Position numbers and translations under genes: made by a program. Positions 8,861 through 17,576 of a stretch of 17,576 nucleotides of DNA are shown here, piece by piece (position 1 is the stretch's first letter; every line of letters begins with the position of its first letter). The notes beneath the pieces were generated by a model, which was given only the letters and a program-made list of their open reading frames with translations, did no database searches and was not told where the DNA came from. Origin of the DNA: Vitrella brassicaformis CCMP3155 (lineage: Eukaryota; Protista; Chromerida); assembly GCA_001179505.1 (NCBI GenBank), contig CDMY01000822.1, positions 1-17,576 of the forward strand. The letters run 5' to 3'.

Positions 8861-9330
8861 TTACGAAGCATTTCCTCCGTTTGTCCGTAATTGGGGCCAA
8901 GCTAGCACTTCCTTCGGTTCCCTTGTGGGGGCTTGCATGCGAGCTTGGGGACTTTGCATGCATTTCGGGGAACGGCGAAAGCGTAGCGAGTCCCGCCAGC
9001 CCGACGGAGGAGGGAAATTTTATTTGTTTGTTTGTTTGTAATTGGGGCCAAATTGGGGCCTCGAGACTTTTTCATTCGGTACCGTCTTTTTTGTGGGGGT
9101 CATGCGAGCTGGGGGCTTTGCATGCATTGCGACCTGACGAACGCGGAGCGAGTCCCGACCCCCCGACGGAGGAGGGCAACTCATAGCGAGCAGAGGCACG
9201 CTCTTACCCGAAGTTCGTGTTTGTTTGTTTGTAATTGGGGCCAGTGAGACTTTTTCATTCGGCACCGTCTTTTTCCTGGGGGCTTCCATGCGAGCTTGGG
9301 GGCTTTGCATTTCGGCACCGTTTTTCGGCA
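8850..9330. repeat. Degenerate ~150-195 bp tandem repeat (3 units; orphan unit tail at 9828-9890)
   Basis: GTAATTGGGGCC at 8887, 9038 and 9231. CATGCGAGCT..GGGG.CTTTGCAT occurs in each unit. CGACGGAGGAGGG occurs at 9002, 9164 and 9861, and 9164-9188 is identical to 9861-9885. Confidence 0.88.
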
Positions 9331-9429
9331 CGCAGCCCCCACTCTGGGCGGTCTTGTGCAACCGCATATATTGTATATATGTGGAGCTCATAGGTTCAAA
9401 CACATTTGATTTCACGTATTATATACGTT

Positions 9430-9813
9430 AGGCATCGTGAAGCTGTTTGGTTGAAACACAAACACATATACGTCAGGCATGTCAGGATTGCCAGCTTGCA
9501 ACGATTCCTGCGACCTTGTGAGCTAGGGTATATTGCTGTGTAACGGAGAGAGAGAGGCGGAGAGAGGAAAAGACAAGGAAAGCATTCTGAGGAGACACGA
9601 TCTTATCAGCCATCACCGAAGTGAGATATGTGTCGACCACCCTTCATGATGCCATACATGGACAGAAACAACTTTGACTGACTGGCCAGTCCATCGGTCT
9701 TACTAAAGTAAAAGCACTCTGACTCTGGGACTTACCGCCCAGCGGATCCTCTATTCAGCTAACTACAGGAAAGGTCCTCACCGGCCTTTTCGCACAAGGC
9801 ATCGTGAAGCTGT
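9430..9813. mobile_element. Putative ~350-bp insertion flanked by a 17-bp direct repeat (possible target-site duplication)
   Basis: AGGCATCGTGAAGCTGT at 9430-9446 and 9797-9813. The interior has no recognisable ORF or terminal inverted repeats. Confidence 0.5.
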
Positions 9814-10332
9814 ATACTTTTCAATCATGCATTTCGCGACGCGGAGCGAATCCCGACCCGCGACGGAGGAGGGCAACTCATAGCGTAAGGGCACGGATTG
9901 CTGCTGTGGTCGCTTGCCTGCCTGATAAGGCTGGAATGAATGGAGGCAATATACTCATCTCGATGCGCCACGTCAACCAGCTTGTGTTGCTGAGCGGTGT
10001 ATGTGGTGACCTTGTGTCTCTGAGTGGCCAGCGGACTTGAGACTGATGGACGATGGGACAATGAACAATGAACTTTGACTGCGACTGCATCCATGTATGC
10101 ACGCACGGTTCTCTTGTCCTCCGTTCAAACGCCCTCAGACACAGACGCAACCAACCATCCCCCACCCACCACCACTCTCCCACTCATCTCTTTCTACCTA
10201 GTCTACGGACTCAGGGCAAGGGCGCCAGCAGCAGCCGTTGTTGCAATGGGTGCCTGCCGAGGTCTGCCGATCCAGCCCTCATCTGAATAGACATACAGAA
10301 ATGGGAAGATGAGACGCCAAATCAACTGCACA

Positions 10333-11874
10333 TCATGAGCCTGTGCCGTGCACGACCCACCCCCATAGACCTCCTGTGCTCCCTTGGCCGCCACCGTCTT
10401 GGCCGCCAGTAGGGGCAGTACCGCTCCCCACCTGCCAGCCTGCAGCTGCTGACGTTGGCAGCGCTCCCCGACGCCCACGCGCTCCGCGCCCATGGCTGCG
10501 CGGGGCCTGGAAGGGGCATGGTGGTGTGAGGTGGCGAGGGCCGCTGGCTCCTGAGCTGCCGTCGGTGGGTTGGGGCAGGCCGCCGCTGAGCGCCAGTTTG
10601 GCTGCGTCGATGGCCGCCCTGAGCTCTTTGATGTGCGTCCTGAGCTGTTGCAGCTGAAGGGCTTGTTCGGCCAGCTTGGCAGCAACCATCTCGAGGCTGC
10701 ACGCACCACCACATGAGACTGAAGGCACATAGGCACCAATAACACATGAGTGCATGACAATACTCCCCGGCCCTCTCTCTCTCCCCGCTGCTCACATGTC
10801 TGTGTCTGGGTGCTGAGGCTGATCTCGCCCCTCACGCCAGAAGCAAGCGTCAGTGACGCGTACAAAGGCAGAGAGGCCGGCGCTGGCACCAGAGAGATGC
10901 CTTCTGCTCGTCATTCACGACCTGTCGTCAGTTGTGTCCAATCGGCATAAAGTCTTTGTTTCTCAATGTAGTAAGCCACATGTGGAAAAGGCAGCAAAGT
11001 AGACGGAAGAAAGCAGCACACTGCCCACCATCCCACCCACCCAAAAGGGGGAGCTCCGCAAGCGACAGCTTGCGGCAAAGAGAGAGGGCAGATGAGGGAC
11101 GGCCTGTCGGGGTGAAGCCGAAAGGATTGGCGTGTTGAGGCTCGTTTGGTTAGTGATAGAGACTCGTTGCGGACGAGGGGACAGCTACGGGCGGGCGAAG
11201 GAGAGGCGGGAAGACGAACACACGACGACGGAAACCCGGGGAGGCATCCAAGCAGCTCGTTGAGATCCGGCTAAGAGATAGCAGGCCGCTCGACCCCCAG
11301 CCCCCCTTCTCTTGGCTGCCGTGACCGGGTAGACTTACACACGGCCCGTCACGATAGTGGACCCAGGTCCTACCACGATGTGATAGTCGGGTGCCGAACT
11401 CTCGTAGCGCGTCAGACGCCGCCTGAAGTCGCGCCAGTAGAAGACTTCTGCCGAAAGGAAGGCGTAGCTGGAGTCATCTCGCTCATCCACCGCACATGTA
11501 CCCAAAAGAAAAGAACAACTCGCCCGCATCGAGGAGGCCGACCACAAGGCCTGAACCAGCGCCACCACAGGGAAGCAGCCGAAGAAGAAGAGCGGGATAG
11601 CCAGAAAACCTCCAGGACGCGGGCAGTTCCACGGCAAGAAGGCAGAGGGCAGCCGTCGAGGGGTCATCCGCTGCAATAGGCCAGCACGCGCGACGCTGGA
11701 CTCGCGGCTGATCTCCTCCAGCATCATCACACGCCGGCGGCCGGCAGCAGCATCGCCATGACGCAGACAGTTCGTATATAACTTCTCCTCTGACCTATGT
11801 ACATGGGAGGGGCAGCGATACAGACGCAGGGGGAGTCACAGGCACCTCACAAAAAAAAGGAAAACGACTGCCAT
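10333..11874 (-). CDS. Tentative multi-exon hypothetical protein with a hydrophobic segment and a C-terminal coiled-coil
   Basis: The spliced frame MAVVFLFFVR|SEEKLYTN...FLAIPLFFFGCFPVVALVQALWSASSMR|LRLPFGRS...HYRDGPC|PDLNELLGCLPGF uses introns 11845-11795 (51 nt), 11523-11468 (56 nt, GC-AG) and 11338-11271 (68 nt). A downstream exon reads LEMVAAKLAEQALQLQQLRTHIKELRAAIDAAKL (heptad-like). Middle exons are unresolved. Confidence 0.45.
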
Positions 11875-11881
11875 GGTGCGC

Positions 11882-11909
11882 CGAACGAACGAACGAACGA
11901 ACGAACGAA
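11882..11909. repeat. (CGAA)7 microsatellite
   Basis: Seven perfect CGAA units. Confidence 0.95.
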
Positions 11910-12220
11910 CGGACGGCTGCACTCCACGGGGGCACGGGAGGGAGGATGGACGGTGGGGAGGGGATGCGGGCGCGCTGCGAGCTTCTGAGCTCGCGCCCTT
12001 CTTGAACTGCGCCTGCGCCAAGCAACGAACGAAACTGCCAGGATCGAAAGGTTGAGTCGGGGCGACACTCGGGGGAGCCTGGGTGATGGCCTACAACCTC
12101 CGCAGCACTGAAGCAAGACAGGCCAGGGACTACTATGCGGGGAATGTGAGGCAGCTCTTCCAAGAAGCCAATGGCCAAGAAGCCGACGAACCGAGCCAGC
12201 AGACTCAGGGCGGCGCACTA

Positions 12221-12651
12221 TGCACTGTCTGTGCAGAAGAGCTGCACGGCGACGCGTTGCACCGCCTCCCCTGCCACCCAGACACANNNNNNNNNNNNNN
12301 NNNNNNNNNNNNNNNNNNNNNNNNNNNNNNNNNNNNNNNNNNNNNNNNNNNNNNNNNNNNNNNNNNNNNNNNNNNNNNNNNNNNNNNNNNNNNNNNNNNN
12401 NNNNNNNNNNNNNNNNNNNNNNNNNNNNNNNNNNNNNNNNNNNNNNNNNNNNNNNNNNNNNNNNNNNNNNNNNNNNNNNNNNNNNNNNNNNNNNNNNNNN
12501 NNNNNNNNNNNNNNNNNNNNNNNNNNNNNNNNNNNNNNNNNNNNNNNNNNNNNNNNNNNNNNNNNNNNNNNNNNNNNNNNNNNNNNACACATGCCTCCGC
12601 TGCCTGCTGAGGACATACACCCACCAAAACGGACACCGCTGCCCGCAATGC
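12221..12651 (+). other. RING-type zinc finger domain split by the second gap
   Basis: CTVC-x11-LPCHPDT [gap] TCLRC-x12-CPQC gives a RING-like Cys/His pattern when the gap flanks are joined. Confidence 0.75.
12287..12586. other. Assembly gap (300 N placeholder), probably much shorter in reality
   Basis: Flanks GACACA and ACACATGC fall inside one RING motif. Confidence 0.95.
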
Positions 12652-13848
12652 CGCGCTCACTTCGCCTTCGAGGTGCTTGAGGAAGCCGTAGGAGGTGAAG
12701 GGACCCTCCCGCTTCGCTCCCACATTATCGAGCACGTGGATCGCAACGCACCGAGGGCCGACGCAGCCGACGAGTACGATGCTGGCGAAGCAGTCGAGGG
12801 CGGATGGCGCCCAGAAGAGGACGTGCTGTTGCTGCCAGGCATCGACAGACTGCTGCTCGAGCTGCCCCAACTCAATCGCAACCTGCGGCTCGGCATCGAG
12901 GAGCCCCCACTGCCAGGCAGCATGGCGGAGATGGAGGAGGCGATGGCGAACGACCCAGAGCTCTACGGCCCAGCACGACAGGAGGAGCAAGATGACGACT
13001 GGCGACCTTCGACAGAGCCGTCCCAGCCGCCCAGCGAGAACACGGAGCAGGCGGCGGCGAGGACGTGGGTCGACGTGGTCAATACCAGGAGGGAGACGGC
13101 CACACCGGCGGCAAGCGGGTCGTCAAATGGAGCGGCAAAGGCACCACAACCGTGGAGGCAAAACAACAACACCCGCCCGAGGACCAGCAGCAGGGCGTCC
13201 CGCGCCAATTTGTCCCTCGCAACACGACGACAGGAGCGGCAGCATGGCAGACGACAACGGCAAATATACCTCCCGAGAGGCTTCCAGCTCCCCAGATCGG
13301 TGGCCCGGCGGCCTCAGCGCATCAGGGGCGGACAACCAGCCATGCGGTCGCCCAACCCGTTCCAAGCGCTGGAGACCATCGACGTAGAGGAGGGAGACAC
13401 AGACGAGACCGCCACACAACGGCCCCAGCCGCGCAGCGGACGGCAGTGGCGGCCCGTCAGCCGGCCAGCCGCCCCGCCAGAGGCAACCGCTTTCACTGAG
13501 CAGCCCGCCACCCAGCCACCCGCACCACCAGGGCCTACCAGAGGCGTCCGGCGGCCCGCCAGCTAAGCAGCCGCCCGGCCAGAAGCCGTCGCACCCACCC
13601 AACGGTCCGCCGCCCACCCGGACACACCACCGAGGACCAGCAGGAGCGCCTGGCGACCCGTGAGCCAGCAACGCGCCCCACAGCCCGCCTCAAGCAGCGT
13701 GCAAGACGGAGAAGCGCCTGAGGGCGAGTGCGAGTACATAGAGGGAGACTATCAATACGGGGAGGGGCAAGGGGACCAGGACGAGAGCCAAGAGGAGCGG
13801 GGCGGCTCACAGCAAGAAAGCCTCCTATCGGAATCGAACCCACACTCA

Positions 13849-13956
13849 ATCCACCCTCGTGCTTCTCACTCAGGTATCCACCCTCGTGCTTCTCACTCAG
13901 GTATCCACCCTCGTGCTTCTCACTCAGGTATCCACCCTTGTGCTTCTCACTCAGGT
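13849..13956 (+). repeat. 4 x 27-bp tandem repeat (ATCCACCCTCGTGCTTCTCACTCAGGT; IHPRASHSG) inside the retroelement ORF
   Basis: Units at 13849, 13876, 13903 and 13930, with one C>T change in unit 4. Confidence 0.97.
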
Positions 13957-14223
13957 GAGTGTCGGCATCGATCCCAACCCCCCGCGCAACACCCTTCGCC
14001 CCACACACGACAGGAGTGGCGCCCTATCACACAGCCAAACGCACCATCACCGGCCCCCACACTCGTCTGGCGTCCCAGAACCCAGCGAAACGCCGCCCCA
14101 AGGCATGAGGCGGGCGTATGGATGCCGATGCAGAGAGGGGCGCCGCCAGGACAACCAGCACAGCCGCCGACACACATATAGGTGGCAATCAGAGGTCGCC
14201 CACCAGGCCTGGCCCCACCATCC

Positions 14224-14259
14224 CAACAGCCCTCTCAACAGCCCTCTCAACAGCTCTCT
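14224..14259 (+). repeat. 3 x 12-bp repeat CAACAGCCCTCT (QQPS)
   Basis: Units at 14224, 14236 and 14248, in frame. Confidence 0.9.
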
Positions 14260-15989
14260 CAACCGTCCCAACCACCCTGACGACCCCCTCAGCCGCCAAC
14301 AAACGCAAACAACCATGCCAGCAACACGAGAGGGGGCAGAGGCGGTAGACGAGGCGGCAGAGGGTCAGGGAGAGGACGGGGGAGGGGGCGAGGCGGGGGG
14401 CGAGGGCGTGTCGCGCTGAGAGGAGGAGGCGGCGATGGCGGGGACCCCGACGAGCCAGGCGACGACACGGGTGGGGGCGGCGATGGGGGAGACCACAACG
14501 GGGGCGGCAGCCGCCGCGCCACATCAGCACGCGACGGCACGCGTGGTTCGACAAAGACGATCCCGGAGAGAGGGCTGGCGCTCCTGAGGAACCGCACAGA
14601 GGAGCAGCACTCAACGCATGGACATCCCGATGGAGGCAAGGATCCCCCCACAGGCAAGGATCGACCTGGCTGACGTGATGGAGGCGGCAGACGTGCTGGT
14701 CAGCCTCGATGGCGATACCAACCAGCTGGACGACGGGTGCCTCCTGTTTCCGTACATCCCCTCGCTACTGCAGTTCCCAACCAAGAGAGGAGAGGCGGAA
14801 GGGAGGAGAAAGTGGGAGCGGAGATTTCGGCTGTTTTGGGAGGGGGAATGGGAGCTGCTGCTACGAGAGGGGGCCGATTTCGCACCAAAGAGCACCGAGA
14901 CGACACCGGCCATCCACCCCACACCCGCCCACCCCACCTACGACACGACAACGCAGAGGGCGTTCATAACAGCCAAGCGGCTAGTGGAGCTTGGGGAATT
15001 CACACGAGCGGCCAAGAAGCTGGACTCCACCCCAGTCGCCCCAGCCACGAAGGAGACATACGCCAAGCTGCAAGCCCTCCACCCCTCACGCAACACGCCC
15101 GTCACCAAGCCAGACATCAACGTGAAGCCCGAGGCATTCAACGTCCCACTCAAGATGCTCGCGAAAGCACTCCGCTCAGCAGCAAAAGGCGCGCACCAGG
15201 GCTGTCCGGCTGGCGGTTCGAGCATCTGCTTGGCTACCTCAACTTGTCGAAGCAAGGGCTCCGGCAGGGAGAGGAGCGCATCCCCTTCCCCAAGATCATC
15301 AGACGGCTGCTGAGCGCGAAGCTCCCACAGCTTGTCACCAAGCTGCTCGACACCGCGAACCTGGTGGCGCTGACGAAAGGGCCCGGCAAGGTGCGGCCGG
15401 TGGCGGTGGGGGATGCAGTGCGGCGATGGGTGACGAGAGCAGTATGCATGCAGCACAAGAACAAGATGGCCGCCTACTTCGCCCCTCTCCAGTGCGCAGT
15501 CGGCACCCCAGCGGGCAACGAGAAGCTCCTCAAGGCCGCCGAGACCTTCATCCAGAGCCGGAGGGAGGGCGAAAAGAAACTGCTCATGGGGCTGGATTGC
15601 ACGAACGCCTTCAACGAGGTGGACCGTCAGGCGATCGTCAACGAGCTCGCCAGCCAGTTCCCTGAGCTCTTTCACTTTCTCTGGCAGTTCTATGGAGAGC
15701 CGGCGAAGCTGTGGTATCGACTCGCAGACGGCAGAGTGAGGACCATCCTGAGCCAGCAAGGCACTCAGCAAGGAGAGCCGGCCGGCCCCTTCCTCTTCTG
15801 TCTGGCCCTCCAGCCAGTACTCAAGGCCATCCAAGCCAGCTTTCCACGCGCCCTCATACAAGCCTTCATGAACGACATCACACCGGGGGCCGACAAGAGT
15901 AAGGCAGACGGGGTGGTGGACAAGGCAGAGGAAGAGCTGCAGACTATCAGCCTCAAGCTGGCCAGGAAGAAGAGCAAGGCGTACGGCCC

Positions 15990-16289
15990 NNNNNNNNNNN
16001 NNNNNNNNNNNNNNNNNNNNNNNNNNNNNNNNNNNNNNNNNNNNNNNNNNNNNNNNNNNNNNNNNNNNNNNNNNNNNNNNNNNNNNNNNNNNNNNNNNNN
16101 NNNNNNNNNNNNNNNNNNNNNNNNNNNNNNNNNNNNNNNNNNNNNNNNNNNNNNNNNNNNNNNNNNNNNNNNNNNNNNNNNNNNNNNNNNNNNNNNNNNN
16201 NNNNNNNNNNNNNNNNNNNNNNNNNNNNNNNNNNNNNNNNNNNNNNNNNNNNNNNNNNNNNNNNNNNNNNNNNNNNNNNNNNNNNNNNN
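15990..16289. other. Assembly gap (300 N placeholder) between the two RT copies
   Basis: Exactly 300 N. Confidence 0.98.
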
Positions 16290-17576
16290 CCCCACAGGCA
16301 AGGATCGACCTGGCTGACGTGATGGAGGCGGCAGACGTGCTGGTCAGCCTCGATGGCGATACCAACCAGCTGGACGACGGGTGCCTCCTGTTTCCGTACA
16401 TCCCCTCGCTACTGCAGTTCCCAACCAAGAGAGGAGAGGCGGAAGGGAGGAGAAAGTGGGAGCGGAGATTTCGGCTGTTTTGGGAGGGGGAATGGGAGCT
16501 GCTGCTACGAGAGGGGGCCGATTTCGCACCAAAGAGCACCGAGACGACACCGGCCATCCACCCCACACCCGCCCACCCCACCCACGACACGACAACGCAG
16601 AGGGCGTTCATGACAGCCAAGCGGCTAGTGGAGCTTGAGGAATTCACACGAGCGGCCAAGAAGCTGGACTTCACCCCAGTCGCCCCAGCCACGAAGGAGA
16701 CATACGCCAAGCTGCAAGCCCTCCACCCCTCACGCAACACGCCCGTCACCAAGCCAGACGTCAACGTGAAGCCCGAGGCATTCGACGTCCCACCCAAGAT
16801 GCTCGCGAAGGCACTCCGCTCAGCAGCAAAAGGCGCTGCATCAGGGCTGTCCGGCTGGCGGTTCGAGCATCTGCTGGGCTACCTCAACTTGTCGAAGCAA
16901 GGGCTCCGGCAGGGAGAGGAGCGCATCCCTTTCCCCAAGGTCATCAGACGGCTGCTGAGCGCGAAGCTCCCACAGCTTGTCACCAAGCTGCTCGACACCG
17001 CGAACCTGGTGGCGCTGACGAAAGGGCCCGGCAAGGTGCGGCCGGTGGCGGTGGGGGATGCAGTGCGGTGACGAGAGCAGTATGCATGCAGCACAAGAAC
17101 AAAATGGCCGCCTACTTCGCCCCTCTCCAGTGTGCAGTCGGCACCCCAGCGGGCAACGAGAAGCTCCTCAAGGCCGCCGAGACCTTCATCCAGAGCCGGA
17201 GGGAGGGCGAAGAGAAACTGCTCATGGGGCTGGATTGCACGAACGCCTTCAACGAGGTGGACCGTCAGGCGATCGTCAACGAGCTCGCCAGCCAGTTCCC
17301 TGAGCTCTTTCACTTTCTCTGGCAGTTCTATGGAGAGCCGGCGAAGCTGTGGTATCGACTCGCAGACGGCAGAGTGAGGACCATCCTGAGCCAGCAAGGC
17401 AATCAGCAAGGAGACCCGGCCGGCCCCTTCCTCTTCTGTCTGGCCCTCCAGCCAGTACTCAAGGCCATCCAAGCCAGCTTTCCACGCGCCCTCATACAAG
17501 CCTTCATGGACGACATCACACTGGGGGCCGACGAGAGTGAGGCAGACGGGGTGGTGGACAAGGCGGAGGAAGAGCT
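16290..17576 (+). mobile_element. CRE-like non-LTR retrotransposon, copy 2 (RT region; continues past the window end)
   Basis: Colinear with 14646-15938 at ~98% identity by eye. QQGDP (17404-17418) and FMDD (17503-17514) are intact, but a 7-nt deletion at ~17067 creates a TGA at 17069. Confidence 0.92.

Larger units (their letters stand above)
12086..15989 (+). mobile_element. CRE-like non-LTR retrotransposon, copy 1 (RING finger - low-complexity/RGG - reverse transcriptase), mutationally inactivated; 3' part lost in gap
   Basis: RT motifs GLSGWRFEHL, LVALTKGPGKVRPVAVGD, LQCAVGTPAG, GLDCTNAFNEVDR, QGTQQGEPAGPFLFCL and AFMNDI are typical of the CRE/RLE group. In-frame stops at 13564, 14179 and 14278. 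Frame change near 14618-14673, a 1-nt deletion at 15192/15193, and catalytic DD changed to ND. Confidence 0.9.

Noticed and set aside
9306-9836. 9-bp TGCATTTCG as a target-site duplication
   Set aside because: The same string is part of the satellite consensus, so its recurrence is expected without duplication.
11056-11075. Perfect 8-bp hairpin CCGCAAGC-GACA-GCTTGCGG as an ncRNA or terminator
   Set aside because: It is isolated, probably lies in an exon of the minus-strand gene, and has no U-tract.
13123-16797. Long minus-strand ORFs (13123-13671, 14189-14657, 14938-16797, 16879-17499)
   Set aside because: They are antisense shadows of the GC-rich retroelement ORF, some are inflated by N runs, and none has recognisable motifs.

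Overview
Eukaryotic, GC-rich, intron-dense genomic scaffold with three placeholder gaps of exactly 300 N. The short (~51-73 nt) introns suggest a protist, possibly a chromerid-like alveolate (inference only). Host genes: a multi-exon ALG12 alpha-1,6-mannosyltransferase (minus, ~2814-5245), an orphan 9-exon gene fragment (plus, 6834-7997) that the ORF track misses, and a tentative multi-exon gene (minus, ~10333-11874). Much of the rest derives from CRE-like (restriction-like endonuclease, RLE) non-LTR retrotransposons. These are two endonuclease-bearing 3' fragments flanking ALG12 and a long element (12086 onward) with an N-terminal RING-type zinc finger, a low-complexity/RGG region and an RT, followed by a second ~98%-identical RT copy carrying different lesions. 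Unexplained non-coding structures include a 20-bp-period array closed by an 11-bp inverted repeat (1680-1896), a mirror-symmetric repeat complex around an AT-rich core (8039-9330) and 27-nt GT..AG tandem units inside the retroelement ORF. All exon models and alignments were made by eye; no searches were run.
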